Below, piece after piece: positions 9,696 to 18,722 of a stretch of 64,000 bases of DNA (the stretch's first letter is position 1; every line of letters begins with the position of its first letter). A program made the translations under genes and the position numbers. Origin of the DNA: Vulcanimicrobiota bacterium (GTDB taxonomy: Bacteria > Vulcanimicrobiota > Vulcanimicrobiia > Eremiobacterales > Eremiobacteraceae); assembly GCA_963805945.1 (NCBI GenBank), contig CAWDVP010000004.1, positions 96,001 through 160,000 on the forward strand, written 5' to 3'. The notes beneath the pieces were generated by a model, which did no database searches, was not told the DNA's origin, and was given only the letters and a program-made list of their open reading frames with translations.

Positions 9696-10490
9696 ATGGC
9701 GGACTTCAAAGGTAAGAACATCATCATCACCGGCGGCGGCAGCGGCTTGGGCGCTGCGATGGCCATACATCTCGCTGCATTGGGCGGGCGGGTCATCGTG
9801 GCCGGGCGGCGCCCGGAGATGCTCGCGGAAACGGTTGCCGCGATCGAGACCGCAGGCGGCAAGGCTGACGCCATACCGACCGACGTCCGCGTGCCCGAAC
9901 AGGTGCAGGCGCTCGTCGACGGCGTGGTCAGCAAGCACGGCAGCGTCGATTGCCTGGTCAACAACGCCGCCGGCAACTTCATCGTGCGCGCGGAAGAGCT
10001 CTCGCCGAACGGCTGGAACGCGGTGATCAACATCGTGCTCAACGGCACGTTCTATTGCTCGCGCGCCGTGGGCAAGGCGATGATCGCCGCCGGTCATGGC
10101 GGTTCGATCCTCAACATCGTCGCGGCGTACGCGTGGACCGGTGGACCCGGCACGATCCATTCCGCGGCGGCCAAGGCGGGCGTCATCTCGATGACGCAAA
10201 CGCTAGCGGTGGAGTGGGGCCATCACGGCATCCGCGTGAACGCGCTGTGTCCGGGCGTCGTGAACACGCCGGGCGCCGCCGCGAAGCTCTTCCCGACCGA
10301 GGCGATCCGCGATCGCATCGCGCGGCGCGTGCCGCTCGGCCGGCTCGAGACGTCTGACGAAGTCGCTAAGGCAGCCGCATATCTGCTGTCCGACGATGCG
10401 TCCTATGTCAACGGCGCGGTGCTGGTGGCCGACGGCGGCATGTGGCTCGATCAGGGATTGCTCGCCGCAAACGCCCCCGAAGGCATGTAG
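9696..10490 (+). CDS. SDR oxidoreductase, 2,4-dienoyl-CoA reductase-like
   Basis: TGGGSGLG, NNAAGNF and HSAAAKAG motifs. Confidence 0.85.
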   Translation: MADFKGKNIIITGGGSGLGAAMAIHLAALGGRVIVAGRRPEMLAETVAAIETAGGKADAIPTDVRVPEQVQALVDGVVSKHGSVDCLVNNAAGNFIVRAEELSPNGWNAVINIVLNGTFYCSRAVGKAMIAAGHGGSILNIVAAYAWTGGPGTIHSAAAKAGVISMTQTLAVEWGHHGIRVNALCPGVVNTPGAAAKLFPTEAIRDRIARRVPLGRLETSDEVAKAAAYLLSDDASYVNGAVLVADGGMWLDQGLLAANAPEGM

Positions 10491-10512
10491 GGGTCGACCT
10501 TTAGGTCGACCC
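10485..10512 (+). repeat. REP-like palindrome (GTAG type)
   Basis: atgtagGGGTCGACC-ttta-GGTCGACCC, identical to 13638-13665; its TAG is the SDR stop codon. Confidence 0.85.
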
Positions 10513-10516
10513 AGGA

Positions 10517-10535
10517 ATTGAGACCCATTCTCAAT
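10517..10535. promoter_or_regulatory. Fur/Zur-type operator candidate
   Basis: ATTGAGACC-C-ATTCTCAAT, similar to the perfect box at 25384-25404. Confidence 0.5.
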
Positions 10536-10581
10536 AAGAAGGCCTGAAGAACCTTGCCCTTCGCGCCGATATTGTGGATAT

Positions 10582-11196
10582 ATGAGTGACCTCGCGCTGC
10601 GGATGACCCGCGGCCTCACCCCGATGTACGTCTGCCTGGTGGTGCTGGGCAGCATCGTCGCGCACTTGGCATCCGAATTCTTCTCCATGGGTTCCGAGGC
10701 GAGCGACATCGCGCTCTCGCCCAAGCATCTGTATCTCGGCGTCGCCGCGCTCGTCTGTGCGGCGGTCGTCGTGCTGCAAGCGCGTTCGCTACTGCGATCT
10801 TCCGAAGGCGCGCGCGACCTCAAGCGCCGGCTTCATCTCGGTCTGGAAGCGCTGCCCTTGCGCGGACGCGGCCTCGCGTTCTTGACGCTTACCGCAGGAC
10901 TCCAGCTCGCCATCGGCCTCGCGACGCAGTACGGCGAGGGCTGCCCGTTCTGCGGCCACGACGTGGCAGCGGGCGTCCTCGGCGCGCTGCTCACCGTCAT
11001 CGTGCTCGCGTTTGCGGGACGCTTCATCGGCGCCCGCTTGCCGTCAATCGCCGCGGCCATCGCTGCCCTCTTCATCGAACCTTCGACCAACGCACACGCG
11101 TTGTCATCGCTACGCGACGTCGCGTCGCCGGCGTTCTTCCGCTTCATCTGGTTCAGCCAGCTCTACAACCGCCCTCCGCCTTCCCTCTCGATCTAA
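10582..11196 (+). CDS. Membrane leader protein with CxxC-GH and a C-terminal RPPP motif (putative arrest peptide)
   Basis: About 4 TM segments, CPFCGH, ends YNRPPPSLSI; paralogous to 14802-15473; directly upstream of a TonB-dependent receptor. Confidence 0.75.
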   Translation: MSDLALRMTRGLTPMYVCLVVLGSIVAHLASEFFSMGSEASDIALSPKHLYLGVAALVCAAVVVLQARSLLRSSEGARDLKRRLHLGLEALPLRGRGLAFLTLTAGLQLAIGLATQYGEGCPFCGHDVAAGVLGALLTVIVLAFAGRFIGARLPSIAAAIAALFIEPSTNAHALSSLRDVASPAFFRFIWFSQLYNRPPPSLSI

Positions 11197-11271
11197 CGGC
11201 CGAAGCACTCGGCCGCGCCCAGGACGGTCGAGTGAATTCGACCGCTCCATTCATTTTGAGAGGGAGTCATG
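11170..11271 (+). promoter_or_regulatory. Anti-SD/SD helix coupling the leader ORF to receptor translation
   Basis: TTCCCTCTCGA (11181-11191) can pair with TTGAGAGGGAG (11256-11266), enclosing two hairpins. Confidence 0.6.
11221..11250 (-). repeat. REP-like palindrome (GGAG variant)
   Basis: Minus strand reads atggagCGGTCGAA-ttca-CTCGACCGtcc. Confidence 0.75.
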
Positions 11272-13638
11272 TCATACCATCTCTTCAGCCGCCCGCTGTG
11301 GGCGGCGCTAGCGCTCGCCGGCGTGCTCGCTATGCCGTCGGTCGGCGCGTGCGCCGGAGCGTTTCTGACCGGCTCGGTGACGCTCGACGGCAAACCCGCC
11401 GCCGGTGCGACGGTCACCGCCACGGGCAACAACCTCGTGCAGACGAAGCGCACCGATGCACAGGGACGCTTCAGCTTCAGCACGCTCCAACCGGGCGCGT
11501 ACGCGCTCGACGCGGCGTGGAACGATCGGCGCGCGCATCGCTCGATCGAGCTGTCGGCGAGCGGCGCCGATGTCTCGCTGGAACTTGATCCGAAGAACAT
11601 CGGCAGCATCAAAGTCACCGCGTCGAGCGCCGCGCCCATCAGGGGCGCCGGCACCGACGTCACGCTCAACTCGACGATGCTCACCCGCACGCCGGCCGGC
11701 GGCAGCTTCCCGGAATTGCTCGTGCAGTTGCCCGGCGCGGCGCGCGGGGCCAACGGCGTGGTCCATATCAACGGCGATCACGGCGACATCAACTACATCG
11801 TCGACGGGGCCTCCATCCCGCAAGCGCTCAACCGCGTCATCGGCACCGAGTTCGACGCGAACGACGTCGCGTTCGTCGACGTGCTGCAGGGCGCGTATCC
11901 CGCGCAATACGGAGAGCGTTTCGCCAGCGTGCTCAACATCAGCACGCGCACGGGCACCGGGCCGCCCGGCGCGATCCTCGATCTCTCCGGCGGCTCGTAC
12001 GCGAACTACGATTCGACCGTCGGGTACCACGGCCCGGTCGGTGCGGGCTCACTGGTGCTGGCGGTCCGTGACGGACGCTCGAGCTACGGCCTGGACCCGC
12101 CCGATCTGACCTCGCTTCACAACGACGCGAGCGATGCCAGCCAGTTCCTCCGCTACACGGTGCCTGTCGGCCACGACTACCTCAACTTCACCATGTCGCA
12201 TTCGTATCAGACGTTCCAGGTCCCGATCGACGTGCTCGGCGGCCAGCCCGCGAGCAGCGACGACAACGAGACACAGAACGACACCTTTGCGACGCTGCAG
12301 TACCGCCGCGCCATCGCGGACCGCGGTTCGCTGTCGCTGGGCGCGGCGTATAAGCGCTCGCAGATCCGCGACTTCGGCGATCCGCTGCCCGATTGGGCGT
12401 TCGGCATAAACACGTGGGTCGGCAGCGGCGGGCTGCCGTCGGACTGCTTCAACGCGCTCACGATCACCAATTACGCCAACAGCACGTGCGCCTACACGCT
12501 TGCCGACAACCGCACCGCCACCGATTACAAGTTCAATCTCGACGACGCGCTGCGCGGCGGCGCGCACGAGGTGCGCTGGGGCGCGCTTTATGACGTGACG
12601 CTCGTGCCCAAGCTCTACGACATCACGCTGCAACCGGGCAACTATCTCGCACCGATGTTCACGCCGGGGACGCCGCTCGCGCCGTATCCGGTGATCGACA
12701 ACGCGCCGAACGTCGGCCACACCGAAGCCGCATACCTTCAAGACAGCTGGCGCATGGGCCAGGCGTATCAGCTCGACTACGGGCTGCGCGTCGACGCGTT
12801 CCAGATCTTTTCGGATCAGTTCGACCAGGGCTTTTCCATGTTCAGCCCGCGCATCAAGCTGACGCGCTTCTTCAGTCCGCGCGCGAGCGCGTACGCCTAC
12901 TACGGCCGCTTCTTCACGCCGTTCTCGTTCGAGAACGTGTCGCCGAGCGCGGCGTACCTGCTCAACCTGCCGCTTCAGCCGACGCTCGCTCAGTTCGACC
13001 TCAAGCCGCAGCGCGACTCCGATTACGAGATCGGCGGCCACTTGCCGCTCGGCAAGGGCGATCTCGGCTTGCGCGTGATGCAGAAAGACGCGACTGATCT
13101 CATCGACGACACGCAAGTAGGCGTGACGCTGCTGCACCAGGACATCAACTACCAGCTCGGGCGGATAGCCACGCAGTCGGCGTACTACCAGCAGACGCTT
13201 GCGCACGGCGGTCGTTTTTATGTGACCGGCAACCACACGTATTCGGTCAACAAAGGCTGTGAGACGCAGCTGTTGGCGCCGTGCTTCGGCTCGTCGACGG
13301 ATTGGACGCCAGCCGACCACATGCAGGCGTGGGGCGCCACCTCAGGGATCGTGCTCAACGACGCGCGCGGCGGCTGGTTCTCGATCGACGGCGAGTACGG
13401 GACCGGGCTATCGTCAGCGGGTTGCTCCGCCGCGACGCCGGGCTTCTGCGAATACACGCCGCATCTCACGTTCAACGCGGTGAAGGGCTTCGCGATCGGA
13501 CCGAAGACCGTGGCGACGGTGGGGATCGGCAACCTGCTCAACCATCAGTTCTTCATCACGTATCTCAACGCGCAGGGCAATCATTACTACCCGCCGCTCA
13601 CCGTGAACGTCGGCCTGCGCTTCGGCGTAAGCCGCTGA
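11269..13638 (+). CDS. TonB-dependent receptor-like outer-membrane protein with N-terminal carboxypeptidase-regulatory-like domain
   Basis: Signal peptide; TDAQGRFSF; plug HINGDHGDINYIVDG and GAYPAQYG; barrel YLQDSW, GLRVD, SPRI, LKPQR and NLLN motifs. Confidence 0.85.
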   Translation: MSYHLFSRPLWAALALAGVLAMPSVGACAGAFLTGSVTLDGKPAAGATVTATGNNLVQTKRTDAQGRFSFSTLQPGAYALDAAWNDRRAHRSIELSASGADVSLELDPKNIGSIKVTASSAAPIRGAGTDVTLNSTMLTRTPAGGSFPELLVQLPGAARGANGVVHINGDHGDINYIVDGASIPQALNRVIGTEFDANDVAFVDVLQGAYPAQYGERFASVLNISTRTGTGPPGAILDLSGGSYANYDSTVGYHGPVGAGSLVLAVRDGRSSYGLDPPDLTSLHNDASDASQFLRYTVPVGHDYLNFTMSHSYQTFQVPIDVLGGQPASSDDNETQNDTFATLQYRRAIADRGSLSLGAAYKRSQIRDFGDPLPDWAFGINTWVGSGGLPSDCFNALTITNYANSTCAYTLADNRTATDYKFNLDDALRGGAHEVRWGALYDVTLVPKLYDITLQPGNYLAPMFTPGTPLAPYPVIDNAPNVGHTEAAYLQDSWRMGQAYQLDYGLRVDAFQIFSDQFDQGFSMFSPRIKLTRFFSPRASAYAYYGRFFTPFSFENVSPSAAYLLNLPLQPTLAQFDLKPQRDSDYEIGGHLPLGKGDLGLRVMQKDATDLIDDTQVGVTLLHQDINYQLGRIATQSAYYQQTLAHGGRFYVTGNHTYSVNKGCETQLLAPCFGSSTDWTPADHMQAWGATSGIVLNDARGGWFSIDGEYGTGLSSAGCSAATPGFCEYTPHLTFNAVKGFAIGPKTVATVGIGNLLNHQFFITYLNAQGNHYYPPLTVNVGLRFGVSR

Positions 13639-13665
13639 TGTAGGGGTCGACCTTTAGGTCGACCC
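13638..13665 (+). repeat. REP-like palindrome (GTAG type)
   Basis: atgtagGGGTCGACC-ttta-GGTCGACCC; the loop supplies the TAA of the convergent MauE gene. Confidence 0.85.
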
Positions 13666-14094
13666 TTCGACCGGCCTCCGCCACGACCACCACATCAGAT
13701 AGATCGCGGGGATGATCGCCGCGCCGTCGCGCGCGATCGTCCACCAGGTTACCGGGTCGGTCTCGCGTGGCCCGAAGCAGCCGCACGGAGTCGGGATGCC
13801 GCGCACCACCACGGACGCGAGCGCCGCGATGAACACGAGCAGCACTGCGACCGCCACCACTGAGACGATGCGCAACTGCCAGCCGAGCAGCAGGTACACG
13901 CCCAGCACTATCTCAAGCAACGGCAAAGCGATGGCGGCGAAGCCGACGAATTGCGCCGGCAGATCGAGCCGGAAGGCGACGATCGTGGACCCGAGATCCG
14001 GCGCATGGCCCATCTTGAGGACGCCGGCGGCGATGAACACCAGCCCGACGATGATCCGGGCGATGAGGGGCAGCACGTGAAGAAGACGAGCCAA
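13654..14094 (-). CDS. MauE/DoxX-family redox-associated membrane protein
   Basis: RIIVGLVFIAAGVLK, LPLLEIVLG and CGCFG motifs. Confidence 0.88.
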   Translation of the reverse strand: MARLLHVLPLIARIIVGLVFIAAGVLKMGHAPDLGSTIVAFRLDLPAQFVGFAAIALPLLEIVLGVYLLLGWQLRIVSVVAVAVLLVFIAALASVVVRGIPTPCGCFGPRETDPVTWWTIARDGAAIIPAIYLMWWSWRRPVEGST

Positions 14095-14721
14095 GCATCA
14101 CAACCTTCCGCGAAGCCGACGACGGGACCGCGATGGGGCACCATTTTGCCAGTCATCGCGGGCGTCCTCGTCGTCATCGCGATCGCCGTATATGCGATCA
14201 CGCAATCCCACAAGCTGCCGAGCGCGGCCGTCGAGCCGAACGCGCTGCCGTCGGTGCCGCCGCCGATCAAAGTCGGCGCGCGTGCGCCCGCGTTCTCGGT
14301 GCAGACGCCGCTCGGCGCCGTCTCCAACGACACGTTCGCCGGCAAACCGTACATGGTCGAGCTGTTCGCCACATGGTGCCCGCATTGCCAGCGCATGACG
14401 GCCGTGCTGCGCTCGCTGCGCGCGAAACTGCCGGAGTCGCGCTTCGGCATGGTCTCCGTCACCGGCTCGCCGTACGCCGCAGGCTCGACGCAGGGTGCCC
14501 CCATCGCCGAGAGTCAAGCGGACGTCGACGCGTTCGACAAGTACTTCAACGTCACATGGCTGTCCGTGTGGGATCCGCAACTCACGACGGCGGCGGCGTT
14601 CGGGCTCAACGGCTTTCCGACGATCTTCATCGTGGACGCCAAGGGCACGATTGTCTATACTGCAAGCGGTGAGCTCCCCGAGGCGACGCTGCTCGCCGCC
14701 GCCCGCAAGGCAGGCGCCTGA
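14077..14721 (+). CDS. Membrane-anchored TlpA/ResA-like thiol-disulfide oxidoreductase
   Basis: N-terminal TM, FATWCPHC, cis-Pro GFPT; GTG at 14077 with GAGG upstream. Confidence 0.85.
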   Translation: MKKTSQASQPSAKPTTGPRWGTILPVIAGVLVVIAIAVYAITQSHKLPSAAVEPNALPSVPPPIKVGARAPAFSVQTPLGAVSNDTFAGKPYMVELFATWCPHCQRMTAVLRSLRAKLPESRFGMVSVTGSPYAAGSTQGAPIAESQADVDAFDKYFNVTWLSVWDPQLTTAAAFGLNGFPTIFIVDAKGTIVYTASGELPEATLLAAARKAGA

Positions 14722-14801
14722 CCTTAGAATCCGCTGAGATGTCCACCACGCGGAGCACGGCCACAGGGGGCGCGCGCCCTACGGCCTAATGTATATGCAT
14801 C

Positions 14802-15473
14802 ATGAGGAACCGGGAGGTCTGCTGGCTGTTGATCGGAGCGGTGGCACTTGGCGCATCGCTCGCGGGCCACGCCGTGCAACTCGCGATCGAGTCCGCTCAC
14901 CTCTTCGGCGGCGTGCCTGCGCGCTACAGCCACGTGCTGCAGACACCGATCTCGCTCATCATGTTCGGCGCACTCGTCGTCGCCGCGCTGTTCATCGCGC
15001 GCGGTATCCTCGAAAGCGTCTATGACGAATTCGGCGGTGCCGACTGGCTCGTGCCGGCGCTCGATGCCGTCGCGGCGATCGCGCCCGGCCGCCTCATCGC
15101 ATTGGTCGTCGGTCTGCAGCTCGCGTCGCTCATCGGCGGCGAGCTGACCGAGCAAGCGCTGTCGTCCTACGGCGCATTCGGCTTGGGAGCCATCTTCGGC
15201 CCCGGTCATCTCAGCGCGCCATTCGTGCACGTCGCCATCGGCACGCTCGCCGCGTGGCTGCTGCTCGCGTTCGCGCGCGCCGTCTGCGCTCGCGTTGCGG
15301 ATATCGCTCGCTTCGCGCGCTCGCTCATCGCGTGGGTCTCCCGGCCCGCGCGCGTCCGTTGTGCTCCGGCGCTGCGCGTCCTCGCGCTCGCCTCGGAGTC
15401 ACCCGCACCACCGCTGCTGGCGCGACACATCGCCAGCCGTCCGCCTCCGGCCGCCGCTACGCTTGTAGCATAG
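14802..15473 (+). CDS. Membrane leader protein with His residues and a C-terminal RPPP motif (putative arrest peptide)
   Basis: About 4 TM segments, GLQLA shared with the paralog, ends IASRPPPAAATLVA; upstream of the second receptor. Confidence 0.75.
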   Translation: MRNREVCWLLIGAVALGASLAGHAVQLAIESAHLFGGVPARYSHVLQTPISLIMFGALVVAALFIARGILESVYDEFGGADWLVPALDAVAAIAPGRLIALVVGLQLASLIGGELTEQALSSYGAFGLGAIFGPGHLSAPFVHVAIGTLAAWLLLAFARAVCARVADIARFARSLIAWVSRPARVRCAPALRVLALASESPAPPLLARHIASRPPPAAATLVA

Positions 15474-15534
15474 GCGGCCAAATCCGGCTTCCCGCCTTTT
15501 GGCCGCCTCCCCATAGGGTGGAGGTATGGTCTTG
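15438..15534 (+). promoter_or_regulatory. Mutually exclusive hairpin switch controlling SD access
   Basis: Hairpins 15449-15479, 15472-15508 (perfect 11-bp stem) and 15505-15525 (sequesters GGAGG). Confidence 0.65.
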
Positions 15535-17793
15535 CGTTTTCGTATTTTCTTTTTCATTTCCGTCGCATGCGCCGCGGCGCTCGCAGCGGTCGGCTCATTC
15601 GCACCGGCGTCCGCGAGCACGCTCGGCGCGATCCGCGGCACCGTCTACGATTCCGCCGGGCATCCGCTGCAGCACGCCAAGGTCGTCATCGTGGCCGGCG
15701 TCGGCACCAAGGACAGCACGGCGACCGATGCGTCCGGACGCTACATCTTCCCGCGCGTCGAGTTCGATACGTACACGGTGACCGTCACCGCGGCGGGCCT
15801 GCCGCCGAACAGCCAGATCGTGACCGTCGCGAGCGGCACCGTCACGGTACTTGATTTCCACCTCTCGGAGAAGAAGCTCGCCAGCGTCGTCACCGTCGCC
15901 AAAGCCGGGCACCCGGTGAGCGTGACCGTGATGACGCCGCAGATGATCCAGACGCTGCCGAGCAACTTCAAGCTCGCGAGCGTCACCGAGACGGTGCCCG
16001 GGGTCGTGCCGTTCTCGTACGACGAACCGGTGGTGCGCGGCTTCCACGGCGTCGCGTACTACATCGACGGCATCCCGATCCCGCAGACATCGTCGTCCGC
16101 GTTCGCCGAGGTCCTCGATCCGCGCGATATCGGCTCGGTGGAGGTCTACACAGGCTCGTTCCCCGCCGAGTACGGCGGCAGCCGCCAGGGCGGCGTGGTC
16201 AACATCATCTCCAAACGGCCGAGCGGGAACGGCGGCGACATCACGCTCACCGGCGGCAACTACGCCACCGGCGCCACGCAGCTCAGCGAATCGTTCGGCG
16301 GTCCGACCCTCAAAGCGTACGTATCGCTCAACTTCGACCGCACCGACCGCGGCCTCGATTCACCGACCGCGCAGCCCATCCATGACGCCGCGAGCCAATC
16401 GAACGAATTCATGCGGCTCACATATGTCCCCGACAGCCGCGACTCATGGGCGTTGCATTTCTCCAATCTGTTCTCGACGTTCCAGATCCCGATCGACACG
16501 AATCCGACCAGCGTGAGCTTCGCGCCGCAGGGAAGCGACGACTTGCAGTACGAGTACGCCCGCTATGCGAGCATCGTCTACAACCGCCTGAGCGCGGACG
16601 GCCAAGGCTACCTCGAGATCTCGCCCTGGTATAACCGCAGCCAGGTGAAGTTCTTCCCGGATCCGACCAACGATCTCGCGAGCGCCGCCATGGCGTCGAC
16701 CTTCCAGGATCGGGTCGGCACGTACTACGGGTTGACCGGGGCCTACTTCCGCAGCTGGACGAAGGACAATCTGAAGATCGGCTTCACCGGCGCGGTCGAG
16801 GACTTCACCAGCGCGTTCAACATCCAGTTCATCGATCCCACGACGATGATGTTGCAGCAGTTCAACGACAACGCGGCGCAGACCGGCACGAACTTCGGCA
16901 TCTACGCCGAAGACAAGATGATCCTGTCACCCATGTTCACCACGAACATCGGCCTGCGCTACGACCGCTCGACGGGTTTCACCGACGGCAACCAGGTGAG
17001 TCCGCGCTTCGAGCTCGATTACCTCGCCAATCCCAAGGAGACGGTCCATTTCTATTACGGACGCTTGTACGCGGCGCCGGCGCTCGAAGACACGCGGCGC
17101 AGCGCCGTCGTCATCGGCGGCGGCTCAGGCTTGCCGGTGTACGACCTCAAGCCCGAGACCGATTCGATCTACGAGTTCGGCTTTTCGCATCAGGTGACGC
17201 AGACGTCGAGATGGTACATCAACTATTGGGCGCGCTCCGTCGCCAACGTGCTCGACACGACCCAGATCGGCTCGACGCCGATCTTCACGATCTTCAATTC
17301 GACCTCCGGTCGCGCGCAAGGCATCGAGTTCAGCTACAGCGGGCAGGCGCAGAATCTCAACAGCTACTTCGTGTCGTATGGCCTCTCCGAGAGCCTTGCG
17401 TCGGGCATCTCGGGCGGCACGTTCCTGTTCTCTCCTGATCAGCTTCAGGGCGCCAATGGCTTCGCCCCGGAGGACCACGACCAGACTAACACGCTCAACA
17501 CCGCGTACACGTGGCGGCTGTCGAAGGACCGCCAGACCTGGACCTCGCTGCAGGCGATCTACGGCAGCGGCTATCCCGTGCAGTTCGAGAACGGACCGGG
17601 CAGGCTGCCCGCGCACTGGGAGCTCAACGCGTCGTACGGGCGCTTCGCGACGGGCGGGCATCTCGGCTACCAGCTGCAGGCGACCAACTTGACCAACAAC
17701 ATCTATCTCATCAAACTCAACAACGGCTTCAACACGACCCAATACGCGCGCGGCTTCCAGCTCACGGCGCAGATCACCGCGCCGATCCACTAG
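15526..17793 (+). CDS. TonB-dependent receptor-like outer-membrane protein (paralog of 11269-13638)
   Basis: Signal peptide; TDASGRY, VRGFHG..YYIDG, GSFPAEYG, GLRYD, SPRF, LKPE and DHDQ motifs. The real start is probably TTG 15532, given SD spacing. Confidence 0.85.
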   Translation: MVLRFRIFFFISVACAAALAAVGSFAPASASTLGAIRGTVYDSAGHPLQHAKVVIVAGVGTKDSTATDASGRYIFPRVEFDTYTVTVTAAGLPPNSQIVTVASGTVTVLDFHLSEKKLASVVTVAKAGHPVSVTVMTPQMIQTLPSNFKLASVTETVPGVVPFSYDEPVVRGFHGVAYYIDGIPIPQTSSSAFAEVLDPRDIGSVEVYTGSFPAEYGGSRQGGVVNIISKRPSGNGGDITLTGGNYATGATQLSESFGGPTLKAYVSLNFDRTDRGLDSPTAQPIHDAASQSNEFMRLTYVPDSRDSWALHFSNLFSTFQIPIDTNPTSVSFAPQGSDDLQYEYARYASIVYNRLSADGQGYLEISPWYNRSQVKFFPDPTNDLASAAMASTFQDRVGTYYGLTGAYFRSWTKDNLKIGFTGAVEDFTSAFNIQFIDPTTMMLQQFNDNAAQTGTNFGIYAEDKMILSPMFTTNIGLRYDRSTGFTDGNQVSPRFELDYLANPKETVHFYYGRLYAAPALEDTRRSAVVIGGGSGLPVYDLKPETDSIYEFGFSHQVTQTSRWYINYWARSVANVLDTTQIGSTPIFTIFNSTSGRAQGIEFSYSGQAQNLNSYFVSYGLSESLASGISGGTFLFSPDQLQGANGFAPEDHDQTNTLNTAYTWRLSKDRQTWTSLQAIYGSGYPVQFENGPGRLPAHWELNASYGRFATGGHLGYQLQATNLTNNIYLIKLNNGFNTTQYARGFQLTAQITAPIH

Positions 17794-17855
17794 CAAGTGC
17801 GGGCGTCCGGCGCTGCAAAGGCCTGGTGACGCCGCATTTTCTCTAGGAGATCGAG

Positions 17856-18722
17856 ATGGAGCGAAGCGTCTTTCTTCGGGGTTTGAGCGCCGGCGTGGCG
17901 GGAGCATCTGTTTGCGGATTGGCACCGCTCGTGGCGCGTGCGGCCGATCATGGCGATGCGCCGCATTGGACCTACGGCGGGGGTGAGGACGGCCCCGCGC
18001 ATTGGGGCGACCTCGCGCCCGACTTCCACACCTGCTCGATCGGCCAGCAGCAATCGCCGGTCAATATCAGCGACGTCGCCACCGGCGCGATCGGCGACAT
18101 CCAGCGTTCGTATCGCACCTCGCCGCTGCGCATCATCAACAATGGCCACACCATCCAGGTCGATTACGCCGCCGGCAGCACGCTCACGCTGCGCGGCCGG
18201 ATGTGGGAGATCGTCCAGTTCCACTTCCACACGCCGAGCGAGCACACGTACCAGGGCGCGCACTACGACATGGAGCTGCACATCGTGCATCAGAACACCG
18301 CGAAACATGTGTGCGTCCTCGGCGTCTTCATGAAGGCCGGCACGGCGAACGCCGAGATCCAGAAGATATGGGACGCGATGCCGATGAAGGAGGGGCCCGA
18401 GCAAACGGTGAGCGGCGTCAGCGTCAACGTCGGCGCGCTCGTGCCTGCGACGAAGGTCTACTACAACTATCTCGGTTCGTTCACCACGCCGCCGTGCACT
18501 GAGAACGTCGAATGGCTGGTGCTGCGCGATCCGATCCAGGTCTCAGCCGCGCAGATCGCGCGCTTCAAAGCGGCGATCCCGATGAACGCGCGGCCGGTGC
18601 AGCCGGTCAACCAGCGGTTGGTCATCAGAACCTGTCTACTGCGACGCGTTTGCCTGGTTGTGCAGGTACGCGTCGATGAACGACTGGATCTTGGCCTGAT
18701 CGATCGTGTCGAGCGTCCCTAA
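17856..18722 (+). CDS. Alpha-class carbonic anhydrase, exported
   Basis: QSPVNI, NNGHT, QFHFHTPSEH, ELHIVH, GSFTTPPCTE and NARPVQP motifs. The 3' end overlaps the convergent gene, so the true stop may be near 18640. Confidence 0.9.
   Translation: MERSVFLRGLSAGVAGASVCGLAPLVARAADHGDAPHWTYGGGEDGPAHWGDLAPDFHTCSIGQQQSPVNISDVATGAIGDIQRSYRTSPLRIINNGHTIQVDYAAGSTLTLRGRMWEIVQFHFHTPSEHTYQGAHYDMELHIVHQNTAKHVCVLGVFMKAGTANAEIQKIWDAMPMKEGPEQTVSGVSVNVGALVPATKVYYNYLGSFTTPPCTENVEWLVLRDPIQVSAAQIARFKAAIPMNARPVQPVNQRLVIRTCLLRRVCLVVQVRVDERLDLGLIDRVERP

Noticed and set aside
18636..18722. Functional antisense overlap of the carbonic anhydrase C-terminus with DUF3105
   Set aside because: The extension lies beyond the conserved CA end and is likely a lost stop or a neutral tail.
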